A stretch of DNA of 62,558 nt, the filler included, from Choristocarpus tenellus KU-1152 (lineage: Eukaryota; Protista; Phaeophyceae), in assembly GCA_964200185.2 (NCBI GenBank). It is 11 parts of 11 records of this genome, joined end to end, with 100 filler letters (N's around TTAATTAATTAA, not from the genome) between each part and the next. Parts side by side here need not be neighbours in the genome. Positions count along the whole stretch, not along the records: positions 11,944 to 14,586 come from CAXNAD020026014.1; positions 14,687 to 19,278 come from CAXNAD020013874.1; positions 19,379 to 32,080 come from CAXNAD020001733.1; 8 more parts are not named here. One strand, written 5' to 3'. Positions 12,267-24,100 of the stretch are shown in pieces. Position 1 is the stretch's first letter. Every line of letters begins with the position of its first letter. Position numbers and translations under genes: made by a program. The notes below the pieces were generated by a model that did no database searches, was not told the origin of the DNA, and worked only from the letters and a program-made list of their open reading frames with translations.

Positions 12267-14149
12267 CTGTGAAGTAAAAGCCTCCATTAGACTTGTCAAT
12301 GCCACCGGACCTGCCAGATCCAACGCCACCTTTTTCCATTGAGCATTGATACCAGGTCTCCTCTGACACTCCTCCATTGTGAATCCCTCCCCACACACAC
12401 TCAATCTTTTCCCGTACAAAACTAGACAGTGGACAGCGACTAGAGCCAACAAAGTACTGCAGAACACAGCTACAGAGCCTTCCAAGGTGCGCCTGGAGCC
12501 CGGCCAGCGGTGTCCCCTTCGTCCCAACGATATGCCAACAACTGCCCCCTGACACACCCAGCAAGAGAGATAGAGATAGAGAGAGAGAGATAGAGAGAGA
12601 GAGAGGTGGCAGCAGAGGTATGCAAACGGGTCTAGTAAGCATGTTTTTAAACGCTAACCAGACTGGGTGTATACTAGTGGTCTGAGATGACAGAGGAAGG
12701 CGTTTTCTCATGTTCAAATATGGTTCCCTTAACACAACACATCGAGTAGGAATAGACAGGGCTTTTGTGACCTACATATGGTCTAGTGATGCGGATGCCC
12801 CGATAAAGGTCATTGGATACATCGGCATAATACTTGCGATTCATTAGGTCACACTAAATCGCAAAAGAAAAAGGCTGGGAAAGTTCCTGCCCACAAGGCC
12901 ATACATGCCAACTGATGAAAAGGAACTGGGGGTAGAGTGTACCACCGCCTGAACCTGATATGAGGCTGGCGTGAAACCCAACTGATGACAGAAATGACCC
13001 ATGCAACGGAAGGGTCCGTAAGGTTCCTCACATCAAAAGGGGTTTTTCGATGAAGTCAGATGTAGAATCGCCAAAAACATTATATATATATATATATATA
13101 TATGCCATACACTCCAGAGCATGTTCCCACACAGCAATGCTTGATATGGGCAAGAACTATACACAGTCAGCATAGTCTTGAGGGTATCATCAAAAGTGAG
13201 GGCAAGAGATAAATGAGGCACATCGGTGGCAAAAGAATAATGAAGATTCCACACACAGATGAACATATCAGACCTTACAGACTGAACGAGTTCTACAAAA
13301 CTACTATCCACTTCTAGATCAATCAAGGTTTCCCTCAAATCTCATACACTACTTTGAGTCACCCACTCTCCCCTCTCCCCCGCCAACAAGTTCCGTCCTT
13401 TCTAAAAAAGAGCATAACATGCTCCATGCACCAGCAAAACCCCCCCAACTAAGGAGCAATCCCCGTTCATCCTCCCAGTCCAGCACTAATCATCCGACTT
13501 TCTATCTCTTGAGGAAATTCTAAAAAAAGGGATAACTACTCACCATCATGTCCCCCACGCCCAGCACAATGACACCTGAGTACGGTATGACACCCCACTG
13601 TGTCATGTCGCCACCGTAACTGAAATGATGGGTGGAACAAACATAGTGGGTAGAAAGGGCAGGGCAGGGGGTTGCAAACAGGCTGATTGATCCTTGCGCA
13701 GGAACACAAAGAGGAACAAAGCATGGAAATTGAGAAAACCTTGGCAAACGAACACTACTTCACCTCGTCCGCACCATGCCAAAAGTTGATGCAACAACAG
13801 CTCTATTCTTTTGTTCTTTAAAAAAAATGTATTACTGCTGACCAGAAGAGGTACACTATACCACGATACGTCCAACGTCACACACAGAGGTTGGCCTCCT
13901 CAAGCTGAACGCAACTGCCTCTTTCTTAAGGGTTGCTTGCCCTTACCCACTCAGCCACACAGGCAGAGCACACCCTAACAGGAGGTAGAGATGTGTCACC
14001 ACAACACAGCCTCCGTCCCTGTCGTCCAGAAAGTTCTTGAAGTAGTGGGAAATAGGTGAGGCCAGGGGAGGGCAGCCAGTGCACCGAATATACTCTGCCA
14101 CTAGGAGGACGCCCAAGGCCACCCCAAGAGCTAAGGACAAGAATTCAGC
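12267..14149 (-). CDS. DOLK: Dolichol kinase, C-terminal exons (14149-13947, 13619-13544, 12548-12267)
   Basis: Motifs FLDDRDGGCVVVTHLYLLLGCALPVWL, PYSGVIVLGVGDMM|GAVVG, RWPGSRRTLEGSVA, LMEAFTSQ; canonical GT-AG sites with matching phases (2, 0). Confidence 0.92.
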
Positions 14150-14586
14150 CTGTAAGGCGGAGGGGTTGGAGTATTGAGGGGAATTGTGCAGGCAGTGTTG
14201 GCAATGCAGAGGAGACAGCAGATCGATGGCGATGGGGGAAAAGCTTATCCATCCTCACTGCAAAACCAATACCCCAATAAAGTGCTACATTGAAAGTACT
14301 CCAAACTTCGTACTGCAGGGACAAACCGATTTCAGTCCCCAACTGCACACAAGAGAAACACAATCACACAGAAAGATTGCTCAAACCTTCTATTGCACTC
14401 GCCTATCACTGGGCAACCAATCCAGTCCCATCAATCCCTCCCCCCCAACCCATCCAAGAGGTTGCTGACCCTCGACTAGTCCCCACCTCTCCACTCTTAC
14501 TTCCTTTCCTGCACCCCCCCCCCCCCCCCCCAAAAAAAAAAAAAAAAAACAACAAAACAGCTAACAACACAACCCCCCCCACCCCC

Positions 14587-14686
14587 NNNNNNNNNNNNNN
14601 NNNNNNNNNNNNNNNNNNNNNNNNNNNNNNTTAATTAATTAANNNNNNNNNNNNNNNNNNNNNNNNNNNNNNNNNNNNNNNNNNNN
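14587..14686. other. Artificial contig linker
   Basis: 44N-TTAATTAATTAA-44N. Confidence 0.97.
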
Positions 14687-15152
14687 CGTATGAGCAGGAC
14701 TGTACGTTAGATCATTGTGGTACAGGATATGGTACACGGAGGATATACTTCCTGCAATCAAGACCAAGATGCCTTGGTTGCAAGGGAAGCACGTTATTGC
14801 TCAGCAGGGCGGTGCAGCCATCTAACTCCCCTGACCTCAATATCATGGACCTGTGCTTCTTCAGGTCTTTGAAATGCCGGTTGATGGGGTGGTGTTTGGG
14901 TACATCGAGGAGATGGTGAAGGTCATTGAGAAACAGTATGAGGAGTGTAATGAAACCACAGTTGAGAGGGCTTGGCAGTTCCTTCTTGTGGTGTACAATC
15001 AAGCACTTAGATACAAAGGGGGTAATGACTTCAGTGTGGAGCACACAGGAGTAAGGAAGAGGAAGTTTTCTGGTGAGCTTGAAAACACGCCAGGGGTAGA
15101 CATGGAGGTTTTTTCTGTGGCGGATAAAATTGTCATGGATGGGGAGAAATAA
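14687..15152 (+). pseudogene. Tc1/mariner (DD39D-like) transposase, 3' fragment with internal deletion
   Basis: Encodes AIKTKMPWLQGKH and QPSNSPDLNIMDLCFFRSLK..YKGGNDF; co-linear with 59160-59670. Confidence 0.85.
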
Positions 15153-15235
15153 TAATAAGACCTAATCCTAACCAGATATTCGTCAAGGATTCCAAATCTT
15201 CTTTCAAGAATGAATTTCATCAACATCTTCAAAGG

Positions 15236-15319
15236 TTACGGACAACACGGATAATAAGTGCACTTTTCCTGGTCATGGGCCAAATGGACACCCTGGTGTA
15301 GACCCAGATACTTTGAGCC
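15236..15319 (+). mobile_element. MITE family B1, right half
   Basis: ...CCAAATGGACACCCTGGTGTAGACCCAGATACTTTGAGCC, matching the 3' half of 31120-31297. Confidence 0.8.
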
Positions 15320-15532
15320 TTTGAGCCGGTCATCAATTGGATGGTCATTTGCCTAGTGGGGGTGCACGCCCCGTCCAATACCCTCCTCTCACAATTCGAT
15401 TGTAAACACGTGCATGGAAATATTACTCGCCCATTTGATAGACTTCTACTCCTATATTCTCTTTTCCATTCACAACACAAGCAAATCTTGATTTTCGGTG
15501 TAGTAAGAAATTTGTTACTCAGTGTTACACTA

Positions 15533-15583
15533 TTTTGACCTCTTGACGTTTTACAGACGTGTCAGGGAAAAGGTCAAACCAAT
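15533..15583 (+). repeat. Diverged family A hairpin copy
   Basis: TTTGACCTCTTGACGTTTTACAGACGTGTCAGGGAAAAGGTCAAACCAAT. Confidence 0.6.
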
Positions 15584-16796
15584 ATCACAAGGATCCCAGA
15601 TAATCTCTACGAGTAAGATCTCCTGTAGACAATGTCACCGACTGAGTAGATGGTGGTGCTGGCGGTGTTGTATTACCTCCGGAGTTAGTTAGTGTTATAC
15701 ACGCATTAGACCTCAGCATCGTCAAGGCCATTTCATCTGGCACAGCCAACCTGCAGTGCAGTCAACATCCCCCACGTTACACACAAAAGGTATACCCTAC
15801 AAGACACATACAAGGTTCGTGATGATTGAGCTCGCCCTGTAGGACACGATAGCCTTAACCCTAACACTAACACCCTACCAGCATCATGACCAGAACAAAA
15901 AGAAAAAAGAACTGTCCTGTGAATACTTTGTCATCAATAAAAGGGGATGTAGGTCATCATCAACAAAGGGAACACTGCATCCAAAGCTGTGCCCGGTTAC
16001 TCTAACCCTAACCCTTGCAATTTCAACACCCACATCAACCCTAACCCTAAACCCAACATCTGGGCGGCGGGCAGTGTGCAACGCACTACAAACTTACAGG
16101 ATTTTTTTTTGCGGGGGGGGGGGCAAAACTTCAACACAAGTCATTTCAATTCCCCAAAGGTTAATACACTAATCGATCACCGCCTTCCACGAAGGGGTCA
16201 GGTCAGACTCGCTTGCAACAAACTGTGTCTGTGACCTGCAATGTCACTAGGCGAACACGCCTCTCTGCAAACATGGACCCCCTCCTCTGGAGCCAGAAAT
16301 TCTCAACAGCAAAGCAGACGACCCCTCTACCGCAAAATCGATCACTGGGAGGCGTGCACCGCTCACTCACTACCTACAAATGACAACAGCCCACAAGCGA
16401 AGCATTGCAAAGCACAGCGGAGGCGTTTTTGGAGGAACACAGCAAAGCAAAAGCGCAGTTCGTCATCACACCAAATTATTGCGCGAGCTTTTCAGATGCA
16501 CATGACTCTCTATTTACATCCAAGGGAGTTCTTTCTTTTTGCTTTTTTTAAAAACATATATTTTATTTTCTGAGTTTTATTTTCTTTCTGGAGGGGAGCA
16601 CCGCCCCATTAAAAAAAAAATTCCCCACATTCCCACAAACCTTGAAATTTGAATATCGATATGATGTTACGGTACACATACACATACACATATATACATA
16701 CATACACATAATATGTATCTACATACCATCAAAAAGTATTTCTTCCACAAGGTCGCATACAGTATGTATATACCACCGACCATGACCGAAAACACA

Positions 16797-16872
16797 ATAG
16801 TTTATATAGTTTTCATTGGTTTCCCCCCTGACACATCTGCAAAATGTCAGAGGGCATAAAAATAAAATAATA
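16797..16872 (-). repeat. Family A hairpin repeat
   Basis: Reverse complement reads TTTTTATGCCCTCTGACATTTTGCAGATGTGTCAGGGGGGAAACCAATGAAAACTATATA. Confidence 0.85.
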
Positions 16873-17402
16873 GTTGAGAAGCTGGCAAAATACCTGCCCC
16901 CTCCCCCCCAAAAAAATAAAAAAAACATTGTAAGCATCCCTTGCACATTTGGGTACAGTGTTTTGCTCCTTCTTGGACAAAATCCAAACTAATATAGACA
17001 ACACCGGATGGAACAATAACAATAATAATAACAATAATAATAATAATTGTATTTCTTTAATTCACGAATTTGAATCTTGAGCGACCCACAAGTTGTGTTC
17101 CGTGCACACACGCCTCCACTAGAACACCCAAATAGGTTTACAACCCGTGCCCTTGCATATAGTACTCCTGACACACCAGTTACAGCTGTTACATCAGTTT
17201 CATCAAAAACAGCTCCAAAAGCCCCTTCTACATGCGACAGCCACACCTGTGTCTGTGTTTGATTTGTATGTGTGTTTTTGATTTCTCGTGCCCTAGGTTC
17301 AAACAATGACCTATCAATCTACATTCACGGAGGAAGTGTCTAACCTATGACCACTGGTGAAATAAGTAACATTTTATGCTCCCCCAATAATGATATATAT
17401 AT

Positions 17403-17803
17403 TGTGCAATATAGACTGATAGTCTATATGGCTTATACGCATTTAGTGAACACCATTAGACAACAGGAATGTTGGCTAAGTGGAACAAGTGTCATAGACT
17501 TCTGTTCGTGTGTGTGACGTAATGAGTTCGAATCTCAGATGTTCGTTTACTTATTACTTGATGTAAGTGAACTGTTGGAGGAGTTCTGAATTAGTACTAG
17601 CTACACAGAATAAGTGACATAGTACGACGTAACGGCAGGACACGTTTTGATGTGTCAGCTGATGAGTCAGCTGATATATGAACAAGCAATAAGATAAAAA
17701 GAGAGAGCACCTCCCACCACCGAGAGCTGTGCTCACTCCGCTAATAAACATATCCATACCACACAAATCAAAATACTCTACTTGAGTAGTTCTCTTTTGC
17801 ATA
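17403..17803. mobile_element. Solo-LTR-like element, family C, second copy (TSD TATAT)
   Basis: Same TGTGCAATATAG...TCTCTTTTGCATA ends as 5475-5827; flanked by TATAT inside an AT microsatellite. Confidence 0.78.
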
Positions 17804-17821
17804 TATATATATTTGTCTGTG

Positions 17822-17879
<58 letters not shown>

Positions 17880-18049
17880 CAACGCCTTACTCGACACTAT
17901 GAACAACTGCCCTTCACTCCATCATGACAACAACATCAACAACACCAAGACGACCCAAACAAATGAGCAGTAGAACGTGAATATCCCTAACCCTTACAAT
18001 AGTAGTACCGCTCGCCCCCACCACAAAAAAATCAAAAATCAACATCATA

Positions 18050-18080
<31 letters not shown>

Positions 18081-18264
18081 TCATTGTCATTGTCATCGGA
18101 TGGGAACTACAACAATACAAGCAAGGGGAAATGGGGTCTTTGCTCAGAGCGGAGCCCATGGCACAGACATTGAATATGATTCATCCATGGATATCGTAAG
18201 ATACAAGGTGTTCTGTCACAAATTTAAAAAAAGAAACAGAAACACATAGCAAAACCTCCCTTGC

Positions 18265-18409
18265 CTGGGTGAGGTTGAGTGAGAGGAGGACCAGCTTACA
18301 GGTGGAGCGTAAGTCCGCCAGCCTTACCCCCAAGGTCTGCACTGGCTCAAACAGCAATGCCAGGGCAGACTCATTGAAACCCTCCAAGAATGCTACGTCC
18401 TTCACATGG
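18265..18409 (-). CDS. CPSF1: Cleavage and polyadenylation specificity factor 160 kDa subunit, single internal exon
   Basis: HVKDVAFLEGFNESALALLFEPVQTLGVRLADLRSTCKLVLLSLNLTQ matches the recalled CPSF160 segment (D..FL.G..EP....L.EP.QT...R....TC....SLN.TQ). Acceptor ttgctag at 18410; probable donor CAG|GCAAGG. Confidence 0.8.
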
Positions 18410-19154
18410 CTAGCAATGTATGGTGCGGCAGGTGGGGAGGGGGGGGAGGGTGCACAGGTGTCAAGCAAGTTTTGAGAAGAGGGAGTCATTTGTGGAAGAA
18501 AAAAAAAAGTGTCTCAAAAATATATATTTTTAAAACTCTAAAAATAAAAAAAGCGGTCCATATGAGAGAGTTTGGCGCAAGCTCCACCTTTTTGCCCTAT
18601 AGTGTTTACTACGATATATACGCATATACATACGCATACACATACACGTAAGTAACCTTATTTTTCTAGCAACAAGTGCCAAGGAGGAGTAAGCACATAT
18701 ACATAAGTAAATACTTCAAGAAGCACCAAGCAATATTTTCGTCTAGAGAGAGAGAGGAGAGTCTAGTTTTTTGTTTGTTTGTTTTTTTTCTTGACGAAAT
18801 TCGAATTGAAAAGATTTTTTTAAATATTTTTTGCTGATTTATTTTTTTGCTTCAATTTTTTTTGTATTAAGTGGTAGTTTTTCCGAGGAAGAAGGGAGGA
18901 AGGAAGGAAAGAAGGAAAGAAGGAACATTTATATATATATATATATATATTCTTTTACTGTTGTACCGATTGTACTGCGAAAACTGCGATGGATGGATGG
19001 ATGGATGGATGGATGGATGGATGGATTGAGGTCAAGGGCGGGCACTGTCGAGTCGCCTTGGGTAACATGATATCGACCCACCCACCGACTCCTTACCATT
19101 GATGGACACCCACTCCGTTATCTACAGGGTATAAGTAACTCTTGCTCGTGGATG

Positions 19155-19173
19155 GGCTCAAAGTATCAGGGGG

Positions 19174-19208
<35 letters not shown>

Positions 19209-19278
19209 CCATTCGGGAGCGGGGGGGGGGGGGGGGGGGGGGGGGGGGAGAGGGGGGGGGGCGCGGGATCCGAAAAAA
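19155..19278 (+). mobile_element. MITE family B1, left end running into poly-G and contig end
   Basis: GGCTCAAAGTATCAGGGGG...GTCCATTCGGG. Confidence 0.65.
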
Positions 19279-19378
19279 NNNNNNNNNNNNNNNNNNNNNN
19301 NNNNNNNNNNNNNNNNNNNNNNTTAATTAATTAANNNNNNNNNNNNNNNNNNNNNNNNNNNNNNNNNNNNNNNNNNNN
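19279..19378. other. Artificial contig linker
   Basis: 44N-TTAATTAATTAA-44N. Confidence 0.97.
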
Positions 19379-19705
19379 GTGTATGTCTCTGGTAATAAGG
19401 GCGGTCATTGGAAGGGGGGGAGGAGGGGGGGAATGTGTTGATGTTGATGTTCGTGTTCTACCCTAACCCTTCATCAAAGTGGAATATAGCCAGTTCAGAC
19501 ACCATTATGTTACTTCCACATGTAATATACCCTCTTGGAATACTCAGAAAAATAATGTAATTAGTGTAATTAATGTACCAGTACTATTTATTCGATCTAT
19601 CAGAAAAATTTCTTTCCAACAGAATACAACCTACAAAAAAATAAATAAAAGAGCCGTAACTTTGAAAACACACACACACATTAGTTGTACACACACATTA
19701 GTTGT

Positions 19706-19736
<31 letters not shown>

Positions 19737-20027
19737 AACATTTTGTCAGATCTCCACCACACCACCTCAACACCTAACTCTATTCCCAGCACATACTCAG
19801 CAAAAATAAAAATGAAATATTCACACACATGCAAAAATAAAAATAAAAAATAAAAATAAAAGCGGGGGCCTGTACAGGCAAGGCTCGAGCATCGCCCCAA
19901 TGTAAAAAAACAAACGCCTTCCGCCAGGGAGGGACACTCCAAAGGTTGGCGTTACCTACCCACCCACACATGCGCTGCAAGACCTTTTATTTTTATTTTT
20001 TATACACTCTCTCGGAATAGTGTTAAA

Positions 20028-20069
<42 letters not shown>

Positions 20070-20187
20070 AATGACCACAATGTGTACACACACACAGGGT
20101 TAGGGTTAGCAGCTCCACACGCTTACCTTTTTTTTTTTAAACAAACAAACATCAAAGAGTACTCTTATTGGTAACCACGCGTGAGCG

Positions 20188-20214
20188 ACCCTAACCCTAA
20201 CCCTAACCCTAACC
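20188..20214 (+). repeat. Interstitial telomere-type (CCCTAA)n
   Basis: (CCCTAA)4; shorter copies near 15855, 16002, 16038, 20097 (reverse), 24848, 58202. Confidence 0.6.
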
Positions 20215-20599
20215 ATACACACGAGGTCAACTTAGCTAACCCTAGTCACGCTAGTTCTTTGCAAAAGAAGTAGAGGAGCGGAAGCCAGCCATGTTGAATG
20301 TTTTTTTTTACAGCAGGTCCGAGTAACAAAATAATAAAACAATAAAAATAATAAAAATTGGTGTATGACTCCGAATCTTTCTTTTTAAAATCATAAAACA
20401 ATAAAATAATAAAAATTGGTGTATGACTCCGAATCTTTCTTTTTAAAATAATAAAATAATAAAACAATCTCAATGCACCCACATACGCAGGAAGAGATCC
20501 TCGATTGAGACCACCGACAAAGGCGGTTGGTAGGACGTGATCGACAAGGACAAAGCACTCATCGCTTTGGACAATACAACAGTAGCAACACGATCACTA

Positions 20600-20849
20600 G
20601 TATTTTTATTATCATCATCATCATCATTATTATTATTATTATCATTGTCAGTATTATTAACAGTATCTTTAAGATCAGTATTATTATTATTATTATCAGT
20701 ACGATTATCATTATCGCTACTATTATCATTGTCAGTATTATTAACACTATCTTTAAGATCAGTATTATTATTTTATTTTTTTTATTTTATTATTATCATA
20801 ATTATTACTACGGCTATCATTGTCAGTATTATTATCACCACTATCACCA

Positions 20850-20880
<31 letters not shown>

Positions 20881-20882
20881 AA
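20600..20882. repeat. ATT/ATC microsatellite with a duplicated ~87-nt block
   Basis: TATTATCATTGTCAGTATTATTAACA.TATCTTTAAGATCAGTATTATTA occurs twice. Confidence 0.85.
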
Positions 20883-21130
20883 CTAGCGTTGGAGAGAGAT
20901 CACCCACAAAAAAAACAACTTGAGATTCACTTCTTGGCCCTCACGCTACCCAACTCTTACCACTGACGCAACTCAATCACCAGAGTGCACTTTTTCCCCG
21001 AGAGAAATATCTCAATATATGTCAGTATATTGAGATATATTGAGATAAACTGACATACACTGAAAAAAGAACACAAAATAATAATAATAACAAAAACCCA
21101 AGTGATCTGTCCACCCACACCTCTCCTTAC

Positions 21131-24100
21131 CTCCGCTCTCTTCGGGCCCTGTACATGTCCTCCCCAGACCTGTATGACTCAACAAGAGACCCCTTCACCT
21201 TCGCCCCTGACCTAGCTGCCAGGTCGTCAAGATCCGCTAGCTGCACCAATGACAGAGGGCGACGTGTGGTGGGTTCCTGCCAGGACAAGAGAGGAGAGGA
21301 CAAAACAATAACAGGATAGGACAGGACAGGACAGGAAAGGACAGAACAGGAGAGGTTATGGAGGAGGGCTCAGATCTAAAGACAGAACAAGACTAGCTCA
21401 CCCCAAAATATATATATATATATGAGGTGTGTCTGTGTGTGTGCGTGTGTATTTTTTTACTATTTTATTTTTTTGTTGAAACTGTTGAAAATAAAAAATA
21501 AAATGAAAAGTCAATGCTTTTGAGTAGTGTCGCAAATACTTCAACGTGTACGCTCAATCTTCTTTAAAAAAAAAAAAAAAGAGACAAAAGAGTATGCATT
21601 TCACACGTCTCAAATACTTCGCCAACGGTAGGTGCTAGTTCATACTACACCATACTATCCGCGAGAAACACTTGTAGATTCTTAATTCACTCCCATGCCC
21701 AAAACAAATATATATCAAATATCTATATCTATCTTCCACCGAGTTGTCTTATGCACGCACACTCCCTTACTGTATTTTATTTCATTTTATTTTATATTGT
21801 TGGAATAAATATAGTTATAACAAGAAAAAATATACATATCTACCAGAAATAAGTGATGGTACAAGCCAAAAAAATACATGAGGGTATGAACACATAAGCT
21901 GAGCATCTAATGCTCCACTCCCAGGTTCACATTACAGAAGTGTACTCTCAACCCTTCCATCATCTACGTACCTATGTTCACTATATATATATATACCTCC
22001 CGATATGTCACAGATGTTGCACGAGAGGGAGATAAGATTCAGAACAATAAAAAACAGAATGATATATATATATATTCATATATATGTATGAATATTGCAC
22101 TAAAGGAGGATAACCACTGGTACTATTATTATTATTATTCTTAAAATAAATAAATAAGAGAACCTCGTAGTTAAAGAAATAGATTTATCTCCTATCGTTC
22201 AAAAGGAAACCCTATTGTACTGATATGTATTTATTTTTATTAGTAGTAGTATTGCATATCAATTACGATATTTTTTATTGAATATCAAAGAGGGAACAAA
22301 TAAAAACAATAAAATATGGTAACACTCAGAAGGGGGGAAAAAAAATCCAATGTTTTAAGGAGGTCACACACCCCACCCACCCAATAAAAATACGAATGTA
22401 TTATACATACAGGCATGTATAATACATGCAGGCATGTATAATACATACGGGCATGTATTATACATACAGACATGTATAATACATACAGGCATGTATAATA
22501 CATACAGGCATGTGTAATACATACAGGCATGTATAATACACACAGGCATGTATAATACATACAGACATGTATAATACATACAGGCATGTATAATACACAC
22601 AGGCATGTATAATACATACAGACATGTATAATACATACAGACATGTATAATACATACAGACATGTATGAACGTATAAACCTACGTAGACCTGTGAATGCG
22701 TTGGTTCAACAGCCTTGCTTCACATATAAACGCCAGCTGTTCATAAAAAACCTCAACGGCGAGAAGTTCGGCAGCGACAGATCGATAGCCTTTGGTCATA
22801 CAAACGACAATTACTCATTAAAAATAAAAAATAAAACTCAACTGCAAGAAGCTTGGCAGTTAGTTGGAACAATCTTTCAATATGCACATTTCTATCCTTT
22901 GTACTTTCAATCGATGAGCTTCACCAACACCACTTTGCAAACACTTCCCCCATCCCCCACCTCCATATAGGTATGAATGTACACATAAAATTGTAGGTAT
23001 GCATACGAATCAGCCCGGCATATGCGGAAGACTTTGGGTATGGAGACCCCCCCCCCCCGGGGTGATCCATCTTATCGGATACCCTCTCCCATACGACAGG
23101 AGATCGATCGCATGAGAGCAATGGACACGGTACAACACGATCAATCGAGGTAGGAAGGACACGCCTGACCCAGGTGGCAAGGTACAGCACAGCTCCATCC
23201 AACACACACACAACACACAACACAAAAAAAAGCTGTAAGCCCTCTACGACCCTCACTGCATTTTTTTTTTTAACATTTTTTTTGAAAAAAAATATCACTT
23301 TTTATTTTGACGCTACTGATCCACCAATTTTTTTCTTCTCTTTTATTTATATATTCATTTTTTTATTTTTTTTTTACTGTTGGCGGTTTGAGGGGTGTAG
23401 TGAGTGTAGTGTGGTGTGAGTCAGTCATATCAGTGGAGATATCCTATCGGGAGAGTCAACACAATTTCAAGACAACACATCTTTTCGTTTTGATTTTGAT
23501 TTTTTTTAACAGACGACACAGGTACACATCTTCCAAAGGGGGCCGGGCCACAAGAGAGAGAGAGAGGGGGGGGGGGGGGGGGGGAGAGGGGGGGGGCGGG
23601 GGGGGGGGGGGGGGGTGGGTGTGGGGGCAAGCAAGAGAGTCGGTTTTGTCGTTTCCACTCCTTTTGACCAAACCTGCTATCGTACACCTTGACCAAACAT
23701 GATTCACAGGCAGACAAACACTTAACAGTTATTGGAGTGATGTCACTTAAGAGTTATTGGAGTGATGATGTCACTCAAGAGTTATTGGAGTGATGATGTC
23801 ACTACTGTGACCTTTCTCGTGTAAGGGTGAATACTCCTGAAAAAAAGAGGAATAGGTTGGGACCTAAACAGTAAACCTGCAACTTCTCAACCTTTCCGTG
23901 TAGCAATTGTACATGAAGGTGGACATGTGGGAGGATGTAAGAACAATAAAAAAAAGGCAGGAGACGCCTGAATGCCGGAGGACTCTCCAACCTATACATG
24001 TATCAGGGCAGCAGCAGGACCATACACCAGAGAGGTATCTCTTACACCTTACACCAGGGAGGCATTGTTCGTAGCTGTTACAGTTCAAGGAGAGTTACAA

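Noticed and set aside
19165-19262. Long poly-G/poly-C tracts as G-quadruplex elements (also 1-40, 23565-23615, 53184-53211, 56947-56995)
   Set aside because: Mostly at contig ends or MITE TIRs, where homopolymer length is unreliable.
20188-20214. True telomere
   Set aside because: Only about four units, internal to the contig; similar short runs are scattered through the window.
20527-20923. Poly-Ile/Leu/Tyr ORFs, and the 22285-22663 repeat ORFs
   Set aside because: Translations of micro- and minisatellites.
22396-22667. CRISPR-like array (also 23727-23803, 25256-25370, 44502-44602)
   Set aside because: Units are contiguous with no unique spacers, there are no cas genes, and the context is eukaryotic introns.
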